Notes under the pieces: model-generated
Told to the model about the DNA's origin: nothing
Database searches by the model: none
Seen by the model: only the letters and a program-made list of their open reading frames with translations
Shown here: positions 7,689 through 15,990 of the stretch, piece by piece
Layout: every line of letters begins with the position of its first letter
Position numbering within the stretch: the stretch's first letter is position 1
Program-made: the position numbers and the translations under genes
DNA from: an uncultured Chloroflexota bacterium
GTDB lineage: Bacteria > Chloroflexota > Anaerolineae > Aggregatilineales > Phototrophicaceae
Assembly (NCBI GenBank): GCA_937864975.1
Contig: CALMDI010000609.1
Span: forward strand, 1-25,834
DNA: 25,834 nucleotides
Direction: 5' to 3'

Positions 7689-9506
7689 TTATCGGCTGCC
7701 GGAATCCACTTTTTCGATAGCAGCCTGCCGCCGTTGAATCCGAGCAATTCGGTTCATGTCGAACTTGACGCCGCGTTCAAACGTGTAGATGCCGTTCTGC
7801 TCCTGATAGACGTCGGTGAGCTGCGTATAGCAGTAGCCAAACATATCGGGATCGTCCAGCAGCACGCTCGCCAGTCGCTCGAAGCGGTCGTAAAACTCCT
7901 CGACGGACCTGGGTCGTTCCCCATAACCCCACGAGTCCTCACCCTCTTTCGCCGCCGGGTTCCACCAGATGCCGCCAAATTCGCTCACGAAGTACGGCTG
8001 ACCGCGGTAGGGCTGCGACCACGGCTGCTTACGCGGCGGATTTCCCGTTCGTCCGGCATTGATGTAGGGCATCCCGTTTGCCAGCCCGGCATGACGCTCG
8101 CGAAACTTATCCGGGTCTTGCGTGTAGTCATGACTGTCATACACGTCCGTTTCGAGGACGCGGTGCGAGTAGCCGGATGCGTCGAGGACGGGGCGCGTTT
8201 GATCCATTGCTTTCGTCGCCAGAAACATGCCCCGCGTCACGACGTCGAGATCGGTGAAGCGGTCGCCAATTGCCTGTGCCGTCTCGTTGAGCGGACACCA
8301 GCCGATAATCGCCGGGTGCGAGTAATCGCGTTCCAGCGCTTCGAGCCATTCCGTAATGTAGGACGCGGTGGGTCGCTGGTGATTGTCGCTGCTGCCTTCG
8401 GTGTTACAGCCCCAGTCTCCGAATTCGCCCCAGACGAGGTAGCCGAGCCGGTCGGCGTGGTAGAGAAAGCGTTCTTCAAATACCTTTTGATGCAGCCGCG
8501 CGCCGTTAAAGCCGGCGTCCATGCTCAGCTTGATATCGCGGACGAGCGCTTCGTCGGTGGGGGCGGTCATGATACCGTCGGGATAATATCCCTGATCGAG
8601 CGCCAGTCGCTGAAAGATGGTATTGCCGTTGAGGCGTACGGCTTTGCCGTCGATGGTGATGCTTCGCAGCCCCGCGTAGCTTTTTAGTTCGTCGATCACC
8701 TGTCCGTCGGCGTCGACAAGCGAGATTTCGAGATCGTACAAATGCGGGCTATCCGGTGACCAGGTTACCCGCCGTTCGTCGGGAATGGGCAGGTCAAGGC
8801 GGGGCGCGAAATCGGCGTCGGCGCGGCACACGGCGGTGGAGACCACGCCCGCGCCGTCGAGAAGGCGCGCGCGCAGCCGCAGCCCCGGGTGCGTCCGCGT
8901 CAGCGGCTGCTCCAGGCAAAACCGGCTGTTCGCGAGGTCTGGCGTAATGCGCGTTCGCCTGAGCGCATAGTCGGGTACAGGCTCCAGCCAGACGGTCTGC
9001 CAGATGCCCGTCGTTCGGGGGTAGAAGACGCCAGAGGGATTGAAGTCCTGTGTCTGTTTCCCGCGCGGCTGGGGCGGCTGGTGATTGTCCCGCGCGCGCA
9101 CGACGATGGTGATCGTGTCGCCACCCCCGGCAATGCCGCTCAGGTCGCAGGAAAACGGCGTGAAACCGCCGCGGTGTCGCCCCACTTCCTGACTATTGAC
9201 CCAGACGGTCGCATCGTAGTCGACCGCCTGAAAATGCAGCAGTACCTTCCGCCCCTGCCACGACGAGGGAATTTCGACCTCGCGCCGGTACCACACGACA
9301 TTCAGAAAGTCCCGGTTGTGAACGCCCGACAGCGCGGACTCCGGGCAAAAGGGGACGGTGATCGTTCCGCTCAGATCGCGGTCGCGCAAGCCGCGTTCCA
9401 GCCCGCTGTCGCCCTGGTCAATCTCAAACTGCCATTCCCCGTTCAGGCACAACCAGTCGGGGCGCGCGAACTGCGGGCGCGGATACTCGCTGCGTGGGAC
9501 ACTCAT
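7689..9506 (-). CDS. Glycoside hydrolase family 2 (beta-galactosidase/glucuronidase/mannosidase superfamily)
   Basis: N-terminal sugar-binding domain 'LNGEWQF', 'HRGGFTPF', 'TTGIWQTVWLE'; TIM barrel 'ARLHQK', acid/base 'WCPLNE', nucleophile 'VSEFGG'. RBS GGAAGG upstream. Confidence 0.93.
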   Translation of the reverse strand: MSVPRSEYPRPQFARPDWLCLNGEWQFEIDQGDSGLERGLRDRDLSGTITVPFCPESALSGVHNRDFLNVVWYRREVEIPSSWQGRKVLLHFQAVDYDATVWVNSQEVGRHRGGFTPFSCDLSGIAGGGDTITIVVRARDNHQPPQPRGKQTQDFNPSGVFYPRTTGIWQTVWLEPVPDYALRRTRITPDLANSRFCLEQPLTRTHPGLRLRARLLDGAGVVSTAVCRADADFAPRLDLPIPDERRVTWSPDSPHLYDLEISLVDADGQVIDELKSYAGLRSITIDGKAVRLNGNTIFQRLALDQGYYPDGIMTAPTDEALVRDIKLSMDAGFNGARLHQKVFEERFLYHADRLGYLVWGEFGDWGCNTEGSSDNHQRPTASYITEWLEALERDYSHPAIIGWCPLNETAQAIGDRFTDLDVVTRGMFLATKAMDQTRPVLDASGYSHRVLETDVYDSHDYTQDPDKFRERHAGLANGMPYINAGRTGNPPRKQPWSQPYRGQPYFVSEFGGIWWNPAAKEGEDSWGYGERPRSVEEFYDRFERLASVLLDDPDMFGYCYTQLTDVYQEQNGIYTFERGVKFDMNRIARIQRRQAAIEKVDSGSR

Positions 9507-9567
9507 GCTCTACCTTCCATCGTGTATACACCGCGCAAACCTATCGTCACTTTGAACTTTTGACTGT

Positions 9568-10449
9568 TCATGATTCCCGCCCTCGCAGCCGCGGGTCGAG
9601 CACGTCGCGCAAGCCGTCGCCGAGCAGGTTCCAGCCGAGCACGCCAAGCATAATCGCGACACCGGGAAAAATCATCAACCATGGTGCGAGTTCTGCGATG
9701 CCCCGCGACTCGCTGAGCATGACACCCCACGATGCCTGCGGCGGCTGGGTACCCAAACCGAGAAAGCTCAACCCCGCTTCCGTGAGCAGCGCCCACGACA
9801 GCGCCAGACTCACCTGCACGATCAGCGGCGCAAGCGTGTTGGGCAGTACATGTCGGGCGAGGATGCGCGCCTCAGGCAAGCCGAGGGCGCGCGTAGCGGT
9901 GACAAATTCCATCTCCTTGACGCTCAAAACGGGCGCGCGGGCAACCCGCGCGAAGATTGGCGTGTACACGACGGCGATGGCGAAGGCGGTGCTGTAGAGA
10001 CCGGGACCCAACACTGTGACCACCAGCAGCGCCAGCAGCAGCGCCGGAAGCGCGAAAAAGACGTCCATCACGCGCATCAGGAGATTATCGAAGCGACCCC
10101 CCACGTAACCTGCCGTCGTGCCGATGAGGGTGCCCGCCAGCGTCGCCGTCGCCACCGAGAGCAGCGCTACCTGAAGCGAATTTGCCGCGCCTTCCATCAG
10201 GCGGCTGGCAATATCCCGCCCAAAGATGTCCGTGCCCATCCAATACTGCTCGCTTGGCGGCTTGAGGCGGTCGCGCGGAACCTGCTCCAGCGACGGGCGC
10301 GGGGTGATGCCGAGCAATCCAAACAGTCCGACGAGCAAATAAAACGTGACGAGCGCCAGCCCGACCGTGCCGCTGCGATTCCGCAGCAGGCGAGGCAGCA
10401 GCCCTTGACCTCGACGGCGCTCGACTGGCGGCTCAATTTTTACTGGCAT
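9568..10449 (-). CDS. Dpp/Opp-family ABC permease (DppC-like)
   Basis: 'WMGTDIFGRDIASRLMEGA' and EAA-like 'EFVTATRALGLPEARILARHVLPN'. The start is uncertain (10449 or 10467) and overlaps the upstream permease's 3' end. Confidence 0.94.
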   Translation of the reverse strand: MPVKIEPPVERRRGQGLLPRLLRNRSGTVGLALVTFYLLVGLFGLLGITPRPSLEQVPRDRLKPPSEQYWMGTDIFGRDIASRLMEGAANSLQVALLSVATATLAGTLIGTTAGYVGGRFDNLLMRVMDVFFALPALLLALLVVTVLGPGLYSTAFAIAVVYTPIFARVARAPVLSVKEMEFVTATRALGLPEARILARHVLPNTLAPLIVQVSLALSWALLTEAGLSFLGLGTQPPQASWGVMLSESRGIAELAPWLMIFPGVAIMLGVLGWNLLGDGLRDVLDPRLRGRES

Positions 10450-11398
10450 AGGAAATGCGCGGGTCAACCGCCGTATACAGGAGATCGACCGCTAAATTGA
10501 TGATGACGAAATTGACAGCAATAAACAGGGCGATGCCCTGAACCAGCGCATAGTCGCGCTGCGAGATGGCGTTGAAGACCAGCCGCCCCAGTCCCGGTAA
10601 CGAGAAAATTTCCTCGACAATCACCGTGCCGCCGAGCAGGTAACCCAGCTCGACGCCCGCGATGGTGATGACAGGGATCAGGGCGTTCTTCAGCGCGTGG
10701 CGGCGGTTGACCACGAACTCCCGAAGCCCCTTGCTGCGCGCCGTGCGGATGTAATCCTGACCGAGCACTTCCAGCATCGCCGAGCGCGTGGTTCGCATGA
10801 CGGACGCGGAGAACGCGAACCCAAGCGTAATGGCAGGAAAGATCATCTGCTGCAGGTTGCGCGACGGGTCTTCCGCAAACGAAACGTAATCGCCCGAATT
10901 CGGCAGGATATGAAAATAGACCGACAGCACAAAGATAATCAGCGTGCCGAGCAAAAAATTCGGCATTGCCAAGCCGACGAGCGCGAACAAGCGTCCGAAC
11001 AGGTCGATGATCGAGTTATGCCGAACGGCGGACAAAACGCCGAGCGGCAGTCCGATCAGCAGCGCAATCGTCATCGCCATGACCGACAATTGAAGCGTGA
11101 TCGGGAAGCGTGCGAGGATGACGTCGAGAACGGGCGCGCCGTGGCGAACCGACAAGCCCAGATTTCCCTGCACGGCGTTGCCGAGCCAGACGAAATACTG
11201 CTCGACAATTGGCTTATCCAAGCCGAAATACGCCTCAAGCGCCCGGCGCTGGTTTTCAGTCAGCATCCCGGCTTCCGTGCCGAGCATGGCGATAATCGCG
11301 TTGCCGGGAACGAGCCGAATGGCGAGGAAGATCAGGATGGATACGCCCAGGAGAATGGGCACAAACGCGATAAACCGTTGGGCAAGATAGCGGATCAT
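10433..11398 (-). CDS. Dpp/Opp-family ABC permease (DppB-like)
   Basis: 'FGLDKPIVEQYFVWL', 'RFPITLQL', 'QDYIRTARSKGL', 'RDYALVQG'. Confidence 0.95.
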   Translation of the reverse strand: MIRYLAQRFIAFVPILLGVSILIFLAIRLVPGNAIIAMLGTEAGMLTENQRRALEAYFGLDKPIVEQYFVWLGNAVQGNLGLSVRHGAPVLDVILARFPITLQLSVMAMTIALLIGLPLGVLSAVRHNSIIDLFGRLFALVGLAMPNFLLGTLIIFVLSVYFHILPNSGDYVSFAEDPSRNLQQMIFPAITLGFAFSASVMRTTRSAMLEVLGQDYIRTARSKGLREFVVNRRHALKNALIPVITIAGVELGYLLGGTVIVEEIFSLPGLGRLVFNAISQRDYALVQGIALFIAVNFVIINLAVDLLYTAVDPRISYASKN

Positions 11399-11457
11399 GC
11401 GGCGATCTTCAAGGCGGCGTCCGTTGGTTCAGGCTGTCCAGTCCACGGCTGAAGAAC

Positions 11458-11488
11458 CGCGGGGGCAAGTCATGGGCTTGCCCCCGCG
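11458..11488. repeat. 12-bp perfect inverted repeat CGCGGGGGCAAG-N7-CTTGCCCCCGCG between the SBP and permease genes
   Basis: Read directly from the sequence. It is intra-operonic and has no clear U-tract. Confidence 0.75.
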
Positions 11489-11519
11489 AAGACGTTATTG
11501 TGTACAGGCGATACGCTCG

Positions 11520-13037
11520 CTAGCGTTCCAGTTGAACCTGCGCCAGCGAGTAGAGCGAGTCGGTCGGGTTCGGCACGAAGCCGGTCACATACGGCTGCTG
11601 CGCCGTGTATTCGGGGCTGACGTACAACCAGACCCAGGGCGCCATTTCGGTGATATACCGCTGGAATTCCGCGAAAATTTCGTACCGGGCTTCGGGATCG
11701 GTTTCCGCCCGTCCCTGCGCCATCAGGTCGTCCAGCGTGTCGTCGATGTAGCCCGCGACGGTGTTCAGGTTGCCGGTTTCCGTCCAGTAGCGCGCGTACA
11801 TCGTGTACGGGTCGGGACGCCCGCCGTTCTGGGCGACCGCCGCGTCAAAGTCGGCTGCCAGCCAGCGGTCGACGTAGACGCTGAGTTCCAGCGATTCGAT
11901 CTCGACGGTGATGCCGATCTCGGCAAGCTGCGCCTGAATGTTCTGCGCCGTCGCGAGCGCGGTCGGCGGCTCAGCGTTCGCGGCGATCACGTTCAGCGTG
12001 AAGCCGTCTGCCATGCCCGCCTGTTCCAGCAACGAACGCGCCATGTCCAGGTCTTTCTGGTAGCAGAACAGCTCGTCGGTCGGAATTTGAAAGGCGGGCG
12101 GCGTCAGCGGACCGGTGACTTCGCCTTCGCCGAGCGCGGCGGTGTCGATGACTTCCTGCCGGTCGATGGCGCAGCTAATCGCCTGCCGAACTTCCAGAAT
12201 GTCCAGCGGCTCGCGCCGACCGTTCAGCTGCAGCACGTTATAGGCGAGGGCGGGGGCGCGGTTGAGAATGATGTCGGGATCATCAACCAGCAGCGTGGCG
12301 ACCAGCGGATCGTTCAGCAGCGCGAAGTCGATGGTTCCGGCGCGCAGGGCGGCGAGAATCGAGGTCTCGTCCGGGATAATGCGAACTTCGATGCCGTCCA
12401 CAAACGGACCTTCCCCCCACCAGTTTTCGTTCGCGCTCAGTGTCGTCTGTTCTTCCGGCACCCACTCGTCCAGGATGAAAGGACCCGTGCCGTTGGCTTC
12501 GGTCGCAATCGCGCCGCTTTCAATCGCCTCGCTCGATGCAATCGACGCATTCACGGACGCCAGCGCGCTCAGCAGCGGCACGTCCGCCTGCGACAGATTG
12601 AACACCACGGTCAGCGGGTCGGGCGTGTCAATCGATTCGATGGTCAGAAAGTTGGCGCGCGACGCGGCGGCGGTCGCTTCGTCGAGAATGCGCTCGAAGG
12701 TCGCCTTCACGTCTCCCGAATCGAATTCCGAGCCGTCGTGGAAAGTCACGCCGTCACGGAGATTCAGCGTTAACTGCGTCGCGTCGTCGTTGAATTCCCA
12801 GCTTTCCGCCAGCGCGGGCACGACGTTCAGATCGGCGTCGAGGGTGACCAGCGGCTCGTAGATCAGCTCCAGCAGGCGGAACGAGGCGAATGCCGTCTGC
12901 GTGTGCGGGTCAAGCCCGGTGGCGTCGGCGGCGCGCGCCATGATCAGCGTGTTCGACTCGTCCTGCGCCAGTCCCGGCAGCGCGCCGATGAGCGCTGCGA
13001 GCAACAAAATGCAGATGATGCGTGCGTGTCTTTTCAT
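11520..13037 (-). CDS. Family-5 (DppA/NikA-like) ABC solute-binding protein
   Basis: Signal peptide 'MKRHARIICILLLAALIGALPGLA|QD', 'IYEPLV', 'PALAESWE', 'LRDGVTFHDGSEFDSGDVKATF', 'NGTGPF'. RBS GAGGAG upstream. Confidence 0.96.
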   Translation of the reverse strand: MKRHARIICILLLAALIGALPGLAQDESNTLIMARAADATGLDPHTQTAFASFRLLELIYEPLVTLDADLNVVPALAESWEFNDDATQLTLNLRDGVTFHDGSEFDSGDVKATFERILDEATAAASRANFLTIESIDTPDPLTVVFNLSQADVPLLSALASVNASIASSEAIESGAIATEANGTGPFILDEWVPEEQTTLSANENWWGEGPFVDGIEVRIIPDETSILAALRAGTIDFALLNDPLVATLLVDDPDIILNRAPALAYNVLQLNGRREPLDILEVRQAISCAIDRQEVIDTAALGEGEVTGPLTPPAFQIPTDELFCYQKDLDMARSLLEQAGMADGFTLNVIAANAEPPTALATAQNIQAQLAEIGITVEIESLELSVYVDRWLAADFDAAVAQNGGRPDPYTMYARYWTETGNLNTVAGYIDDTLDDLMAQGRAETDPEARYEIFAEFQRYITEMAPWVWLYVSPEYTAQQPYVTGFVPNPTDSLYSLAQVQLER

Positions 13038-13122
13038 GTCAGGCTCCTCTAAAGGCTGAATTTATATCAATTTCCCCCGCCTAGTTTAGCGCGGCTCAGG
13101 CAGACATGCGAACAGGAATCGG

Positions 13123-13608
13123 TTACGGCGGAGATTGGCCGCGCAGTCGCTTGCGAAAAAGCAGTTCTGTTACGTCCGGCAGCACGTAGCCGGGGATCGC
13201 GCCGACCTGAACGTAGCCATGCCGCCTGTAAAACCGGCGCGCCGCCTCGTTGAAGTCGGAGACGAGCAGGAACAAATCGTCCGTAAACGCTGCCGCCTGC
13301 TGTTCGACGGCGGCAAGCAGAGCGCTTCCAACCCCGCTGCCCGTTTGCGCCGGGTGCACGCCGATAGCGCGCAGATACGCGCTGCGCCCGAAGCCGCCCG
13401 CGGGCAGGCACCATGCCACGCCGCACGCTTGATCCGCGCCGCGGTCGGCGACCAGCAGCAGATCAGCCCGCGCCAGCGCCGTTTCAAACTGCTGCTGCGC
13501 CTTCGCTTCGTCCATCCGATACCGCTGCCAGAGGGGTGTCGCCACCATCCACGCGGCGACCGTCGAAATGTCGTCAGAGGTCATAGGGCGAAGGGTGATC
13601 GCTGGCAT
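13123..13608 (-). CDS. GNAT-family N-acetyltransferase
   Basis: Motif A 'IGVHPAQTGSGVGSALL' and motif B 'VSDFNEAARRFYRRHGY'. Probable start at 13608 (MPAITLRPM); the track starts at 13689. Confidence 0.9.
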   Translation of the reverse strand: MPAITLRPMTSDDISTVAAWMVATPLWQRYRMDEAKAQQQFETALARADLLLVADRGADQACGVAWCLPAGGFGRSAYLRAIGVHPAQTGSGVGSALLAAVEQQAAAFTDDLFLLVSDFNEAARRFYRRHGYVQVGAIPGYVLPDVTELLFRKRLRGQSPP

Positions 13609-13741
13609 CGTACTCGTCGCTCGCAAAAGACTCGCGATAAGCATAGCAGAGAAGGGAGAAAACAACGCGCCCGACCGAACGTTATCCACCGGTCAGGCGC
13701 GATTTCTGCGAATGGTTAGGAGAGTTTGCTATGCACTTTCT

Positions 13742-13843
13742 CCCTCACCCTAAATCCCTCTCCCACAAGGGGAGAGGGACTTTGAGAGATGCGTTTGACT
13801 CCCCTCTCCGACGCAAGCGGGGAGAGGGGCTGGGGGTGAGGGG
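13742..13843. repeat. Composite (BIME-like) pair of REP-like hairpins in inverted orientation
   Basis: Unit A 13742-13782 (TCCCTCTCCC-ACAA-GGGGAGAGGGACTT) and unit B 13799-13843 (CCCCTCTCC-N10-GGGAGAGGGG-CTGGGGGTGAGGG). Outer inverted repeat CCCTCACCC/GGGTGAGGG. Confidence 0.85.
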
Positions 13844-13871
13844 AAGAACACGAGCAAAGTTCAATACACCG

Positions 13872-14381
13872 CTAGAACGGTTTGTACATCATCAGGTAGA
13901 GGATGATGACCAGCCCGCTAAGTCCAACGGTCGCGAGAATGCGCGGGTGGCTGTTGGCGAGCACCGGAGTCAGTTCCTGCGTGCGTAGTGCAGGGACGAT
14001 TTCCTGAGTCTGCGTCCTCACGGCGGCGACCGCCGACCGAACGCGCTTCGCGGGCTTGAACATCTTCTCGATGCGGTCAAAGTAGCCTCGACCGAGAAAG
14101 CCCATCGTCAGGAAGATGACGAGCAGCACGCCGACCGACGCCCACGTCCAGCCGCGGCTCCACCAGCGACCCATGAAGGCTGCCGCGACTCCGCTCAAAA
14201 CCAGCACACCGAACGCCGACATCATCACGGGCACGACGGCGTTGCGTAGACTCATCAGAATACGCACGCGCTCGACGCCGGGCGAGCGGCGGATCATCAA
14301 AAAGACGACGATAGAGACGCCGTGCGAGAGCAGAAAGATGAATACGCTCAGTACATGGAGAAAGACAATCGCGCTGTACAT
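13872..14381 (-). CDS. Small integral membrane protein, DUF2269-like
   Basis: Four hydrophobic segments, N-terminal 'FLHVLSVF...SHG', RBS GGAGG upstream. The family assignment is from recall only. Confidence 0.7.
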   Translation of the reverse strand: MYSAIVFLHVLSVFIFLLSHGVSIVVFLMIRRSPGVERVRILMSLRNAVVPVMMSAFGVLVLSGVAAAFMGRWWSRGWTWASVGVLLVIFLTMGFLGRGYFDRIEKMFKPAKRVRSAVAAVRTQTQEIVPALRTQELTPVLANSHPRILATVGLSGLVIILYLMMYKPF

Positions 14382-14549
14382 GGATTCCTCCGCCTGGGAA
14401 CGGCGGACTGCCGCAAGCCCGTCCGCACTGTGAACGACATACCCTCAGAGTACGTCTGTTCAAAGGGAGGAACCAGCACCGATAGGATGAATCGGCTCTC
14501 CATCTATCGATGGATTTTCGAGCAATCCATTGGGCTTTGGGAGCGTTCG

Positions 14550-15827
14550 TCAGCGCGGGCGCGGTCCGGCGGAGTAGGGCGTCTTCGTCCACTCGACCGG
14601 CGCATTCCGCATATTTTCGTCAAACACGGCGCGGGGGCTGGGGCGATGATGCCCGCCGACGGTGTCCCACGGCATCGTATCCGGGCGCGACCACGGAAGC
14701 TGCTCGGCGTAACGCCGTCCGATGTCTTCCATCAGCCGAACTTCGTCCTCTCGCCACGAGTTCAGCGCAAAGGTGCTGGGGTTCGGGCGTCCGTCGAGGG
14801 GAATCCCAAGCTCGCCCGATACGCTTTCAGGCGTTAACAGCGGGTTATAGCGCCGGAAGTCGATGCGCTCCTGGATGCCGTCCGGCGTTCTGCCATAAAT
14901 CGCGCGGGTCACAAACACCTGCTGAAGCGCGGCTTCGTCCATGCTCTCGAAGATGACGTAGCGCAGCCAGTCCCAGACTTTGTAACGGGCGACTTTTTGC
15001 TCCGGCAGATTCGTGGGCACGTAGCCCGTTCCCAGCGAGACGAGGATGACGTTGCCATCCTGAAAGCCTTGCAGCGCCGGGTCAAAGCTGGGATCGCCCG
15101 GCTCGACCGCGCCGATGTATTCCATTGCCTCGACCGCCGCCGCCAGACACGGATTGCTGTAAACGCCCACGCCGCCGTCGACCAGACGCGCCAGCACGGG
15201 CGGGAAGTAGGAAGGCGCCGCGCCGCTGGCGGCGACGATGCCGGACAGGGGCCAGTCCTGAAAATAGCCCTTCCCGCGACCCGCGTTGACGATGAAGTAG
15301 GTGTCGCTGGTTCGCACGTCTTTGGTCGTGACCAGCAAAATCGGGTGCGTCGGATAGGTCAGATCGCCGACCTTGAACACGCCCTTGCTTTCCAGCAGCG
15401 GCACAAGCTCGCGCTGGAACGGCTCCAGCGGATAGGCATATTTGAAGCCGTTCGAGAGCAGCCCCGCGAGGAAATCTTCTCCGACGGGCATGACCCTGTT
15501 GACGAGCTTCGCGAGAATGCGCGCCAGCCAGCCCCGATTTGCCTCGCCAAAGGCTTTCGGCAGTTGGTCTCGGTACACGATGTCGAGAAGCTCCGTTGCT
15601 GTATAGCCCACTGCAAGCCCCACGGCGATGATCGCCCCAGTGCTGGTGCCCACCACCATGTCGAACATCTCCTGGCAGGTTTTGCCCGTTCGCGATTCCA
15701 GTTCCGCCAGCATGGCAATGGGAATCGCGCCGCGCATCCCGCCGCCGTCGACCGAGAGAATGACCTTTTTCTGCCGGGTCGGGTCAACGGTATAGAAGTT
15801 CTGATCGCTCGCAGTCGTCATCGGCAT
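14550..15827 (-). CDS. Patatin-like phospholipase
   Basis: 'SVDGGGMRG' (GxGxxG), 'GTSTG' (GxSxG), 'LVDGGV' (DGG). The start is uncertain (15821, 15827 or 15854). Confidence 0.93.
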   Translation of the reverse strand: MPMTTASDQNFYTVDPTRQKKVILSVDGGGMRGAIPIAMLAELESRTGKTCQEMFDMVVGTSTGAIIAVGLAVGYTATELLDIVYRDQLPKAFGEANRGWLARILAKLVNRVMPVGEDFLAGLLSNGFKYAYPLEPFQRELVPLLESKGVFKVGDLTYPTHPILLVTTKDVRTSDTYFIVNAGRGKGYFQDWPLSGIVAASGAAPSYFPPVLARLVDGGVGVYSNPCLAAAVEAMEYIGAVEPGDPSFDPALQGFQDGNVILVSLGTGYVPTNLPEQKVARYKVWDWLRYVIFESMDEAALQQVFVTRAIYGRTPDGIQERIDFRRYNPLLTPESVSGELGIPLDGRPNPSTFALNSWREDEVRLMEDIGRRYAEQLPWSRPDTMPWDTVGGHHRPSPRAVFDENMRNAPVEWTKTPYSAGPRPR

Positions 15828-15990
15828 CAATTCGGTGGAGTCGGCTCGACACAAGAATTGCCGTTCAGGTTCCAGAGAAGGGTAGTTTGGTTTGCCATCG
15901 CGCGCCAGTGGACGCGAGGCGCGCGGCGAACTTTACAGAGTGCGTTAAAATGAGAACGCACGGTGCCCGTTCCTCCCAAGAAGCACGCCG

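Noticed and set aside
9522-9531. Palindrome GTGTATACAC upstream of GH2 as a GntR-type site
   Set aside because: It is only 10 bp, does not fit the GTMTAKAC consensus exactly, is single-copy, and no GntR gene is nearby.
14550-15854. Patatin as a CBASS or other anti-phage effector
   Set aside because: No CD-NTase, E1/E2/JAB, HORMA or other defence genes are nearby. The neighbours are ordinary metabolic and membrane genes.
15950-15958. ATGAGAACG as a third LacI operator
   Set aside because: Only the left half matches and the right half (CACGG) does not. It is better explained as part of a different dyad, reported separately.
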